Shown here: positions 9,446 to 18,926 of the stretch, piece by piece
How the letters are laid out: the number at the start of each line of letters is the position of its first letter
Position numbering within the stretch: the first letter of the stretch is position 1
From: Nitrosopumilus sp.
GTDB lineage: Archaea; Thermoproteota; Nitrososphaeria; Nitrososphaerales; Nitrosopumilaceae
DNA: 64,000 nucleotides
Assembly: GCA_965218695.1 (NCBI GenBank)
Contig: OZ244651.1
Span: 160,001-224,000, forward strand
Direction of reading: 5' to 3'
The notes under the pieces: generated by a model
What the model was told of the DNA's origin: nothing
The model's input: the letters and a program-made list of their open reading frames with translations, nothing else
Databases searched by the model: none
Program-made: the position numbers and the translations under genes

Positions 9446-9735
9446 GTCATCTCACACCCCTGAGATCATTCATGATGATTACTGGTATATCGAGACACAT
9501 TATCATTGTAACTGATCGCCCGTGGCACAAATCTGAATTATGCGTACAAGCCACCCACATAATCGGAACTGTCTGACACTTCCGATGAACAGGTCCATGC
9601 AGCCGGTTAGTTGCATCCTACAGGCCGTATGATGCTGCATCTGCTATCTGCCAGGATCTAAAATCCCTGATTTGACGCAACAGGCGAATCCGGCATTCGT
9701 AAAAAGATAAAAAGAGTCTGTTATCCATGTTCTTC

Positions 9736-10017
9736 ATGAGCCGTACCTGTACAAAGTGCAAGGGTGTAATACCTGATGACGAGAATCTTGACATGGTCGC
9801 AGCAAAGTATCCTGCATGCAACAAGTGCTGGAACGAATGGAAGGAATACCGCATAATGGTGATGAACGAGATGAGGCTTGATATGTCGATGCCAGACCAT
9901 AGAAAACTGGTCAAAAAACACGAGAAGATCTTCATTGGTGTCATGTCCCCTGAAGGAGATGTAATAGACTATTCCAACGAGGACAATCGGAAGCCCGATG
10001 ATCCCCCGGCCTGCTAG
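9736..10017 (+). CDS. Fe(II)-trafficking/oxidative-damage protection YggX-like protein
   Basis: CTKC...CWNEW...MVMNEMRLDM pattern. Confidence 0.7.
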   Translation: MSRTCTKCKGVIPDDENLDMVAAKYPACNKCWNEWKEYRIMVMNEMRLDMSMPDHRKLVKKHEKIFIGVMSPEGDVIDYSNEDNRKPDDPPAC

Positions 10018-10475
10018 ACTCCAAGGTGCCTTTTGGCGTTATCCGGAATCATGAGCAGCATTCTTCTCTTGTCTGCCGCGTCAAGGCTATCTATGATTCC
10101 CCTGACAGTCTTTGAAAGTATGTCCTTCTCTCTTGCGTCGAGCATCAGAAATATCTCCAGAATGCCGTCCAGATTGAACTCAATCAGCTTTTGCGGGGAT
10201 TGCAGTGATGCTGTAATGTATGCCCGGAACAGCCCCTCCCTCTGCTCCTCAGTCAGCGTTGCAAGTATCTCAAGCCATGTCTTGAAGAGCTTTGCAAAGT
10301 TAGGAAACGGGATAGTCGGCCCTGCATCCAGCGCATGGCCAATAACTTCATCCCTCTCCGATTCCGAGAGCGAAAAGAACTCCATCATCCTCTTCTTTAG
10401 AATAGGGGTTCTTAGAAAGTCGGGAAGGCTGGCAAGATTGACTATTATGTTTCCTGCAAAGTTCTCTCCTAACAT
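10014..10475 (-). CDS. conserved hypothetical protein
   Basis: 153-aa helical ORF, convergent overlap with neighbour. Confidence 0.75.
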   Translation of the reverse strand: MLGENFAGNIIVNLASLPDFLRTPILKKRMMEFFSLSESERDEVIGHALDAGPTIPFPNFAKLFKTWLEILATLTEEQREGLFRAYITASLQSPQKLIEFNLDGILEIFLMLDAREKDILSKTVRGIIDSLDAADKRRMLLMIPDNAKRHLGV

Positions 10476-10546
10476 GATTCTGCTCTGGAATGCGCCTTCT
10501 TATAAAAGCACTTTAGATTAAATACACGTAGCAAGAACCCCTCAAC

Positions 10547-11548
10547 ATGACGCTGACTGTGGTTGTCGGGGGTTTTTTTGGAGATGAGGGCAAGGGAAAG
10601 ATCATCTCATATCTGGCAGTCCGGGACAATCCTGCGATTGTAGTCCGAGGAGGGGCCGGCCCCAACGCAGGCCACACCATAAAGGACGATAACCAGACCT
10701 ACAAAGTCCGAATGCTTCCATGCGGATTTCTAAACCAGAACGCAAAGGTAATGATAGGCCCCGGCGTTGTAGTTGATCCTGCTGTGCTTGAACGGGAGAT
10801 TGACAGCTATGCCCCAGGACGCTCGTTCATAGACCGGAACTGTGGAATTATTGAGGACGCCCACCGGACCAGGGATTCCAAGGGGGATCTTAAGGAGAAG
10901 ATCGGTAGTACAGGATCCGGCACGGGCCCTGCCAATGCAGACAGGGCGATGAGGGTGCTGCGTCTTGCAAAGGACTTTGACTCCCTGTCGCATATCACTG
11001 CAGACGTCCCATTGGAGATCAACTCCGTGCTGTCTGCAGGCCGCAACGTCCTGATAGAGGGGACACAGGGCACGTTTCTGTCACTGTGGCACGGGACGTA
11101 CCCATTTGTGACCTCAAAGGACGTGACTGCATCCGGAATATGTGCTGATGTCGGCATAGGGCCCACCAAGGTCGACGAGGTGGTTATAGTCTTCAAGTCG
11201 TATGTGACCCGTGTGGGTACAGGACCACTTGGCAGGGAGCTTTTGCCAGAAGAGATGGAAAGAAAGGGATGGACCGAGTTTGGAACAGTCACAGGTCGCC
11301 CAAGACGTGCAGCAGAATTTGATTTTGATCTGGCCCGGCGTGCCATCATGCTTAACAGCGCAACCCAGATATCCATAACAAAGCTTGATGTGCTGTTCCC
11401 TGACTGTGCAGGCAGTACGTCCTATGATGGACTCTCAGATGATGCCAAGTCATTCATACAAAAGATCGAGGATGAGCTGGGCATCCCTGTAACGCTCATA
11501 GGAACCGGACCGGCAGTACAGGATGTCATTGACAGAAGGACTGGATAG
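10547..11548 (+). CDS. purA: adenylosuccinate synthetase
   Basis: GDEGKGK, GPNAGHT, EGTQG, YPFVTS and EFGTVTGRPRR motifs. Confidence 0.98.
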   Translation: MTLTVVVGGFFGDEGKGKIISYLAVRDNPAIVVRGGAGPNAGHTIKDDNQTYKVRMLPCGFLNQNAKVMIGPGVVVDPAVLEREIDSYAPGRSFIDRNCGIIEDAHRTRDSKGDLKEKIGSTGSGTGPANADRAMRVLRLAKDFDSLSHITADVPLEINSVLSAGRNVLIEGTQGTFLSLWHGTYPFVTSKDVTASGICADVGIGPTKVDEVVIVFKSYVTRVGTGPLGRELLPEEMERKGWTEFGTVTGRPRRAAEFDFDLARRAIMLNSATQISITKLDVLFPDCAGSTSYDGLSDDAKSFIQKIEDELGIPVTLIGTGPAVQDVIDRRTG

Positions 11549-12266
11549 GTTTAATTTGAAAGAACCCGGAAGCCCATTCGTGAGCAAACACCCTGATTCT
11601 CCTGATGACGTGCTACCGCGATACATACAGGTGAACTCAATTCTGGAGTTTTCCAGACTCGTCTGCGCACTGGAGAGGGCACCACGCATATCATTTCTGC
11701 ACGATCACAACGGGCAGAAGATCCTCTCAACACAGATGGACATGCTTATGGACAAGCCCGTAATCTATTACACTCCGATGGAACATGACGGCCACTACCT
11801 GTGCTACGGACTGAGGAGTGGAAGGGAGGAGTCTGGAATAGTCGACTCCATTGCAGATACCTGCAAAATATATTCGCCGATTGTCAGGATTAAGTCGCTT
11901 CCCAAGACACTGCTTCCAGGCAACGGAACCCATGACAGGTATCTCCCAATCGAGCTGGAGGATACGTCCAGTCTTGTAAAGCTTACGTGGAATCTTGAGG
12001 AGGTGCCGTTTCCGCTGTTTCTATTCCCGTGCAGGGGCAAATGGCTGCTGGGACTCTTCATGACCTTTACTGAGGGCGGCGTGTCATACTTTTGTCATGT
12101 GGTGCTTGACGAGGATCCCCAGATGCCGTTTCTCAAGTTTTCAACTGCCAACGGCCACATGCCAGAGTTTGTCCGGGATCCATCCGAGCATGGCTACTCG
12201 TACATCAAGGTAATAAAACTCAAAGATACGCATCCGCTGATTGACTATGGCCACCTTCAAAACTAG
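11523..12266 (+). CDS. conserved hypothetical protein
   Basis: 247-aa ORF filling the purA-pyrF gap; start uncertain. Confidence 0.7.
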   Translation: MSLTEGLDRFNLKEPGSPFVSKHPDSPDDVLPRYIQVNSILEFSRLVCALERAPRISFLHDHNGQKILSTQMDMLMDKPVIYYTPMEHDGHYLCYGLRSGREESGIVDSIADTCKIYSPIVRIKSLPKTLLPGNGTHDRYLPIELEDTSSLVKLTWNLEEVPFPLFLFPCRGKWLLGLFMTFTEGGVSYFCHVVLDEDPQMPFLKFSTANGHMPEFVRDPSEHGYSYIKVIKLKDTHPLIDYGHLQN

Positions 12267-12984
12267 ACTCCTGAATATTGCACAGTCAAACGGCAGGGTG
12301 ATCCTTGCAAGCGACTACGACCTGCCTGCACAGGATCTGTACCAAAAGACACTCCGGAACATCAAGGAACTGCACCCCCATGTATGTGGCATCAAGATCA
12401 ACTTCCACCTGCTTGTCCCGCTGGGCGGCAAGGAGATTGCATCCATCAACGAGGCTGCACACGAATACGGCCTGCAGACGATTGCCGACATCAAGCTCAA
12501 CGACATTCGAAACACAAACCGGATTGCAGCAGGACGCCTGTGGGATCTGGGATTTGACGCAGTCATTGCAAATCCGATAATGGGCCCGGAGAGCCTCAAG
12601 GATCTGACCGGACTGGCACACAGGGACGGAAAGGGTGTCATCTCGCTGTGCCACATGAGTGCCCCCGAGGCCAGAATCTCATACGAACTCCAGACAGGAA
12701 CCCGGGGGCAGCCACTGTACCGCCTGTTTCTGGAGTGGGCCCTTGCATCTGATGCAGATGGTATCATAGTGGGTGCCACATTCCCGGACATAATCCGATA
12801 CTGCTCTGAGCATGCAGCAGGACGACTAGACATATTCTCCCCCGGCGTGGGCACCCAGGGCGGCGATGCAGGCAGCACCGTCTCGTCTGGTGCAGACTAT
12901 CTTATAGTGGGCAGGACTATTCTTGGTGCCAGGGATCCTGTTGAGACTGCATCAAAACTCCGCCTACGCACCCTTGGCAAGTAG
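12247..12984 (+). CDS. pyrF: orotidine-5'-phosphate decarboxylase
   Basis: ADIKLNDI, SPGVGTQGG and IVGRTI motifs. Confidence 0.96.
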   Translation: MATFKTRLLNIAQSNGRVILASDYDLPAQDLYQKTLRNIKELHPHVCGIKINFHLLVPLGGKEIASINEAAHEYGLQTIADIKLNDIRNTNRIAAGRLWDLGFDAVIANPIMGPESLKDLTGLAHRDGKGVISLCHMSAPEARISYELQTGTRGQPLYRLFLEWALASDADGIIVGATFPDIIRYCSEHAAGRLDIFSPGVGTQGGDAGSTVSSGADYLIVGRTILGARDPVETASKLRLRTLGK

Positions 12985-13386
12985 TAGCGCCTGCGCCCTT
13001 GTAAGCACCCTTCTTGCATTCTCAAACGTGGTCTTCTTCATGGCCTCGTCGTATTCAAGCCACGTATAGTTAAGATGCTCGTGGGATATCTGAATCCTGT
13101 CAGTACCAGTCTCGGCCAGGAAGAAGACAACCTTCTTGTATATTGGCTCCCCGTCGTGCTGGAAACTGTACCTGATCCACTCCTCAAAGTCCCCTACAAA
13201 GGACACGTCTGTAATCCCTGTCTCCTCCGTAGTCTCTCTTAATGCAGTCTGAAGCGCAGTCTCCCCTCCCTCCATCTTACCCTTTACAAAGTCCCAGTGG
13301 CCCGAGGGGTAGTGCAACAGCAGAAAAAGAGTCCTTGGACCGTTCCTTCTAAACAACACAATTCCTGCAGACGTCTCCCTTATCAT
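12964..13386 (-). CDS. Nudix hydrolase (Ap4A hydrolase-like)
   Basis: GHWDFVKG...ALRETTEETG Nudix box. Confidence 0.92.
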   Translation of the reverse strand: MIRETSAGIVLFRRNGPRTLFLLLHYPSGHWDFVKGKMEGGETALQTALRETTEETGITDVSFVGDFEEWIRYSFQHDGEPIYKKVVFFLAETGTDRIQISHEHLNYTWLEYDEAMKKTTFENARRVLTRAQALLLAKGA

Positions 13387-14174
13387 CTTCCGAGCCTTCT
13401 CTTCCTTTCCTGAAATGTTCTGATTGCCCTCATCAAATCAATTTTTCTAAACTCGGGCCAGAATATATCCATAAAGACCAGCTCGCTGTATGCGCTTTGC
13501 CATATCAAAAACCCGCTCAACCTCTTCTCACCGGAGGTTCGTAGAATCATGTCAGGGGACGACTGCGGAAGGTGCGATGTGTACAGGTTAGACTCGATCT
13601 CATCCCTGTCAATCTTGTCCACATCCAGATCCCCGCCAACGACCTTTTGGCATATCTTTCTTACCGCATCGACCAGCTCGTACTGTCCGCCGTATGCCAG
13701 TGCAATATTCAAAAAGTGACCGTCGTACTCTTTGGTATCCTCGTCAAGCCTCCTTAGAACATCCCTTATTGGGTCCGGAAGCATCTCTGTTCTCCCGATT
13801 GCCTTGACTCTCATCTTGCATCTGTGAATTCTCGGATCCGCAAGTAGCTTCTCCAGTCTCATCTGAATCAGCTTGTAGATGTACACCAGTTCGTCATCCT
13901 TCCTCCTGAGATTCTCTGCAGACAGCGCATACAGTGTCACAATCCCGATGTCAAGCTCCTCGCACCAATCCAGAAGATTCTCCACTGCATCGGCTCCCTT
14001 CCCGTGTCCCTTTTGAGGCATCACCAGATGCCTTTGGGCCCACCGTCTGTTCCCGTCAAGAATCAACGCCACGTGGTTTGGTATGTCCCCGTTTCGAATC
14101 TCCCTTTCCAGTCTTCTCTCATAGATCCTGTAAAGACCCGAGAATCGAAATACGCCATCCTTTATCTTGTTAAT
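13383..14174 (-). CDS. uppS: cis-prenyltransferase (polyprenyl diphosphate synthase)
   Basis: PNHVALILDGNRRWA, YGG, RTSGEKRLSGF; frame is open upstream of GTG 14072 to a putative ATT start at 14174. Confidence 0.93.
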   Translation of the reverse strand: MNKIKDGVFRFSGLYRIYERRLEREIRNGDIPNHVALILDGNRRWAQRHLVMPQKGHGKGADAVENLLDWCEELDIGIVTLYALSAENLRRKDDELVYIYKLIQMRLEKLLADPRIHRCKMRVKAIGRTEMLPDPIRDVLRRLDEDTKEYDGHFLNIALAYGGQYELVDAVRKICQKVVGGDLDVDKIDRDEIESNLYTSHLPQSSPDMILRTSGEKRLSGFLIWQSAYSELVFMDIFWPEFRKIDLMRAIRTFQERKRRLGR

Positions 14175-14491
14175 ACCTGCCCACCTTTGGTATCATACCA
14201 CCATTGAAGATATCAGTGTTTTTAGGGGGAAATGCAGCAGTAGCCCAGCCAGCCCGAACTTTGGCGTATGTGCTTTGCGTGGCACGCTACTTTTGGCCAA
14301 TTGGCAAGAACCTGCCTTCTTGTCTGCCGATGTTCATGTCTGCGCAAGATCCAAGTGGCTGTTCTGGCAGCATCTGTAGTTATCCTGGTCCTTTCGTTAG
14401 TCGCATCGCAGCCAACTCCTGTTAGATTGCTTGGGTCGCCGTTTAGAGTGGTTGGCTATGGGCATCATGCGGCTTTTGGATATGCGGCACC

Positions 14492-15634
14492 TCAGTCTGA
14501 GACCATCTGCTGATCCTTGCGTCTTCTGTACTTTTTGAACAGGATCGTAGCTGAGATCAGCGTGACTGCCAAGCCGCCGAGTATGGGCGGAATCAGAGTA
14601 AAGGAGTTCTCATCATGAATCATTATGTTGGTGAACTGATGTATCGTCGGATACAGCGATGCCAGTACCACGATTCTTAGGATGTCCGTAATCTGTCTTG
14701 GAACTCCTCCGATCCAGTTGCTTAGCAGCGTTCCGGCAAGAATGGATCCCATCCCAATCCACAGGATCGGCAGCGATCCGGATATGAACTGTCCAATGAT
14801 TACCTTGTTTGTAATGATGTTGATGATCTCTGTTGATTCGTACAGACTGAAATCCACCGAATCGATTCCGGACGGAACAGATCCCAAAAGCAGCAGGATT
14901 CCTGCCAGCATTGTAAAGATCCTGACGAATCCCATCGGGGTGGGTTTGGACCAGCTTGTCCATCTCTTGTCTACGTCAAAGGCCCTGATCAAAAACGCCC
15001 CACCCAAGATGCTTACCAGCACTGCGAATATCTCTGCTGTATAGTTAAAGACGGTGGCGATTCCGCCAATCAACAAAAGAATTCCGGGAACCCCCAGAAA
15101 GAATTTGGAGTATCTAGAGTCATATGCGATCATCTTCAGATACCTTCCAAAGACTGCATACGAGTACTCTACACTCCTGCTTACCTTCATTACGACACGC
15201 TGGACTGACACTACCGGCAGAACGTTCTGGATGACGGGAATGACTGACTCGTCATCCTCACCATCAGACACTATGACTGCCCCGTCTGCCGAGAATCTTT
15301 CAATTACCTGTCTTGTCTCGGCAAGAATCTTCTGATCGGCTTGAACCCCTCTGTTCTTGACTCCTGCAATGGTGACCACCTCCACCTGATAGTTCTTGCT
15401 GACTAGATCTTCGTATGTCTTGATTGCCGCGAAGATGGAGTTTGAATCCGCATCCTCGGGATCCTCCAATGCCAGTCTCTGCGCAGCCTCGATGCATGCA
15501 TCCCTGCCTACCACCGGGGTCGTGATCCCTGCCTTCTCGCCTACGTCGTTGTCCCTGTCAACACAGATTACAAGCAGCCTGCTGGATGCAGACGCACTTA
15601 CATCCTTTTCGATTTTTTTGGAACGTTGGGACAC
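14492..15634 (-). CDS. DUF373 family membrane protein
   Basis: LVICVDRDNDVG...DPEDADSN...VSDGEDDE; GTG start inferred. Confidence 0.88.
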   Translation of the reverse strand: MSQRSKKIEKDVSASASSRLLVICVDRDNDVGEKAGITTPVVGRDACIEAAQRLALEDPEDADSNSIFAAIKTYEDLVSKNYQVEVVTIAGVKNRGVQADQKILAETRQVIERFSADGAVIVSDGEDDESVIPVIQNVLPVVSVQRVVMKVSRSVEYSYAVFGRYLKMIAYDSRYSKFFLGVPGILLLIGGIATVFNYTAEIFAVLVSILGGAFLIRAFDVDKRWTSWSKPTPMGFVRIFTMLAGILLLLGSVPSGIDSVDFSLYESTEIINIITNKVIIGQFISGSLPILWIGMGSILAGTLLSNWIGGVPRQITDILRIVVLASLYPTIHQFTNIMIHDENSFTLIPPILGGLAVTLISATILFKKYRRRKDQQMVSD

Positions 15635-15711
15635 GATCTTGTTATACAAAATTTCCTTTTTAACTTTAATAATTTTTGGCGCCTGCATGTACCATGTTGG
15701 GGTGTACCAAC

Positions 15712-16209
15712 CTATGGTCTGGCATTATCTGATGCCTTTACCCGTTCTTGGGATTCTGCCCTTAGTGATTCTATCCTCTGCATGGTCTGTGTAATCTGCT
15801 CTTCTGATTCTTCGTCTTCAATCATGCCTGCAAGAACCCTGGTCTCTGCAATGTATGTGTTGAACGTCTTCATTGCCTCCATGTACTCTATGTAGCTTGC
15901 CTGCCATTCCTCCGGCGGCTTTGATGTGACAAACTCGCTTATCTGGGATGTTACCTGTGATGACGTGGTCTCTGTTATTGCAACATACTCCTCTGATGTG
16001 ATGCTGCCGTTGAGAAGATTCTGGTACTCGATACTGATTGACTCCTGTAGCACCTCGTGAATGCCCTGTACCCCGTCGAGATGCTGTCTGTAGTCTGATA
16101 TGACAAACGTTGAATCGTTGCCCTGCGGCACCAACCATATCAGAAAACTTACCGCCGTCACTGCAGCCAGAATGATCCCTGTTGCGATCACTCCCTTTTT
16201 TGAGGCCAT
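15712..16209 (-). CDS. membrane-anchored hypothetical protein
   Basis: N-terminal TM, helical acidic body. Confidence 0.8.
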   Translation of the reverse strand: MASKKGVIATGIILAAVTAVSFLIWLVPQGNDSTFVISDYRQHLDGVQGIHEVLQESISIEYQNLLNGSITSEEYVAITETTSSQVTSQISEFVTSKPPEEWQASYIEYMEAMKTFNTYIAETRVLAGMIEDEESEEQITQTMQRIESLRAESQERVKASDNARP

Positions 16210-16488
16210 TTTGTGTTTTATAATCCTGATGCTTATAACTCATATCTGCCACCACGACATCCTGCAGTCTTCGTGTCATGAAGAGCCTCGTAATCCTGAT
16301 GCAGGCAGCACTCTCTCTTCCACACCAAGCATGCATCCAGTCGGATTGTCCCAAAAGCATGTTCCTGAAACCCGTATCATCCCTGGATTCAGGAATTCTG
16401 GTGGCAGAAGCAATTAGCATATCTCAACCCTATAGTCAAATAGCTTTCACAAACTCTTCCTAAATAACCCCACATAATCAGTTTGGGA

Positions 16489-16632
16489 ATGGCTGAAGCA
16501 TACTGTGTAAAATGCAGAGCAAAACGGGAGATAAAAAACCCTGAAACAACGACGCTCAAGAACGGACGCCCCGCCGTAAGGGGAACATGCCCCACGTGTG
16601 GAACAAAAGTCTTCCGGATAGGAAAAGTCTAG
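16489..16632 (+). CDS. small Zn-ribbon protein (DUF5679-like, 47 aa, not in the ORF track)
   Basis: MAEAYCVKCRAKREIKNPETTTLKNGRPAVRGTCPTCGTKVFRIGKV. Confidence 0.85.
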   Translation: MAEAYCVKCRAKREIKNPETTTLKNGRPAVRGTCPTCGTKVFRIGKV

Positions 16633-16691
16633 TGGGCACCACCACCTTTATTTTTCAAAACCAATATAGTGCTCCTCTGTTAATCCATGTC

Positions 16692-17114
16692 ATGAATGAG
16701 GAGCAATACACGAGTCTGCTTGGACGCATCCAGGGCAGTTTGGGAGACACTGACAAGAATGCCTCTGCAAGGTTCGAACTTCCGGTAGTGGATGTGCTGT
16801 GGGAGGGACAAAAGACGTTTCTGCGAAATTTTTCGGACTTCCCCAAGGTTCTGCGCAGGGATCCAGACAAGGTTCTTCAGTACCTCTCAAAGGAGTTTGC
16901 AGTTCCCGCAGAGAAGCTCGGGGACAAGGCAATGTTTATTGGCCGACGTGCCCCTGACGACTTTACAAGACTGTTTCAGATTTATGTCAAGGACTATCTG
17001 GAATGCCATACCTGCAAGAGTCCGGATACAAAGATCCACAAAGAGAACCGAATATCGTTTCTGATCTGTGAGGCATGTGGGGCAAGATCCACATTGAAGG
17101 GCAAGTATGCATGA
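16692..17114 (+). CDS. eif2b: translation initiation factor aIF-2 beta
   Basis: RFELP...NFSDF...CHTCKSPDT...CEACGA. Confidence 0.95.
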   Translation: MNEEQYTSLLGRIQGSLGDTDKNASARFELPVVDVLWEGQKTFLRNFSDFPKVLRRDPDKVLQYLSKEFAVPAEKLGDKAMFIGRRAPDDFTRLFQIYVKDYLECHTCKSPDTKIHKENRISFLICEACGARSTLKGKYA

Positions 17115-17407
17115 TGCAATTTTCAGTAAGAATGACTGACTATCAGCACAATCTGATGCTCAACATATGCGATGCCGATATTCTGGAACGCCACCTGATA
17201 GATGGCGATCTTCATATGCATATTAGCAAGGGCTGTTATGGTGAGAATCTGGTGGGGTGGAAGGCGGCAGAGGATCTACTGGAAAAGTCCTCCATAATTA
17301 ACATGGCTGGAGAAAAGATAGTCCGTCTGTCAATAGAGATCGGCGTGGGCTCTGAGGCCGGAATAAAGACCATATCTGACATTCCGTTCCTAATAGTCTT
17401 CAAGTAG
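17111..17407 (+). CDS. DUF424 family protein
   Basis: NICDADIL...IINMAGE pattern. Confidence 0.85.
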   Translation: MMQFSVRMTDYQHNLMLNICDADILERHLIDGDLHMHISKGCYGENLVGWKAAEDLLEKSSIINMAGEKIVRLSIEIGVGSEAGIKTISDIPFLIVFK

Positions 17408-17577
17408 TCCCGGTTGCATGGATTCGACAAAAGGAGGCCACGCGTGATATCCAATATTTAAAATTTCTGTAATCCTGCCAGTCGGCGTGTGCCTGATGCA
17501 GAATGGAGAATATTCAAACCACGGTTCCAGTGACCTTCAATGGAAATCCATTTACCCTGAGACATGTAAATTCTTTC

Positions 17578-18357
17578 ATGTCTGATGAGGTTGGCCGAAA
17601 GCTCGGATCCAAGATAGACCGAAAGCTTAGCCAAAAGTCCCGACATGGGGGTCTCAAGGATGGCTTCAAGAAGGGAAAGGTCGTCAACGAGGTGTTGGAC
17701 AAGCCCACTGTCATGACGCTATACAAGATGATTTCAGATCATATCATAGCATACGTCAACGGCGCAGTCAGTGCAGGCAAGGAGTCAGTACTGTTCTGGG
17801 GGGTTGATGAGAACGGCGTCAGCATCGCACTTAAAATCTATCTGGTCAGCACATCAAATTTCAAAAAGCGCGAGATCTACATTGCAGGGGATCCCAGATT
17901 CTCATACATGAAAAGAGGTACCAGAAATTTGGTTTATCTGTGGGCAAAAAAAGAATTTCGCAACCTATCCAAGTGTTACGATGCCGGCCTTGATGTTCCA
18001 AGACCGCTGTATGTGGCAAACAACATACTTGCCATGGAGTTTGTAGGTAGGGACGGCCGGCCCGCAGCATCCCTGCTTGAATCCGATGTGGACCGCGACG
18101 ACTATGATCAGGCAGTATCGATCATTCGTGACATGTACTGCAAGGCGCGTCTGGTACACAGCGACTATTCAGAGTATAACATATTCAAGACACATGATGG
18201 CCTGATACCATTTGACATGGGCTCTGCAGTAGACCTGAGACACCCAAACTCCATGGAGTTTCTTAAAAGAGATATTAACAACATTACACGGTTCTTCAGT
18301 AAAAGGGGAGTCTCCGTTGAAGATCCAGCAAAAATACTTGGGGATGTGACAAGATGA
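17578..18357 (+). CDS. rio1: RIO1-family Ser/Thr kinase
   Basis: SAGKES, WAKKEFRNL, LVHSDYSEYNI and FLKRDINNI motifs. Confidence 0.95.
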   Translation: MSDEVGRKLGSKIDRKLSQKSRHGGLKDGFKKGKVVNEVLDKPTVMTLYKMISDHIIAYVNGAVSAGKESVLFWGVDENGVSIALKIYLVSTSNFKKREIYIAGDPRFSYMKRGTRNLVYLWAKKEFRNLSKCYDAGLDVPRPLYVANNILAMEFVGRDGRPAASLLESDVDRDDYDQAVSIIRDMYCKARLVHSDYSEYNIFKTHDGLIPFDMGSAVDLRHPNSMEFLKRDINNITRFFSKRGVSVEDPAKILGDVTR

Positions 18358-18926
18358 GCTTTGAAAAACTTGTTCGTATTCCAGATGACAGAATCGCAGT
18401 CCTAATTGGAAAGTCGGGATCCGTAAAATCCCGAATAGAAGCATCCTGCCATGTCATGCTGGAGATTGATGGCAACACAGGCGAGATTCTTGTAAAATCT
18501 GACGGTGACGTGGCAAAGATCAAGCCGTTCAAGGCCGTGGAGATAGTCATGGCCATCGGAAGGGGGTTTTCACCCCAGACTGCCATGACCCTGTTGAAGG
18601 GCCAGAATACGCTGCATATTATCGATCTCAAGGAGTTTGCCGGCAGGTCCAAGACTGGCATTGAAAGGATTAAAGGTAGACTTATTGGAGAAGGCGGTAG
18701 GGCTAGACGAAACATGGAAAATCTAAGTGGTACCAGCATCTCAGTTTACGGCAAAACCGTCTCCATCATTGGCAGTATAGACAGGCTGCGGCTGGCAGTT
18801 GATGCAGTCTCGTCGATCTCAAAGGGTAGCATGCATGGAGCCGTGTATGGCAGACTGGAGGCTGCAAACAGGCGAACCCGGCAGGAAAGGATGATACTAT
18901 GGGAAGATCAAAATGTCCTTGATTAA
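18354..18926 (+). CDS. KH-domain rRNA-processing protein (Dim2/Pno1)
   Basis: LIGKSG, AIGRGFSP and GRLIGEGG motifs. Confidence 0.93.
   Translation: MSFEKLVRIPDDRIAVLIGKSGSVKSRIEASCHVMLEIDGNTGEILVKSDGDVAKIKPFKAVEIVMAIGRGFSPQTAMTLLKGQNTLHIIDLKEFAGRSKTGIERIKGRLIGEGGRARRNMENLSGTSISVYGKTVSIIGSIDRLRLAVDAVSSISKGSMHGAVYGRLEAANRRTRQERMILWEDQNVLD

Noticed and set aside
14221-14490. RNase P or SRP RNA
   Set aside because: Could not find the conserved GAGGAAAGTCC-like or SRP helix-8 motifs on either strand.
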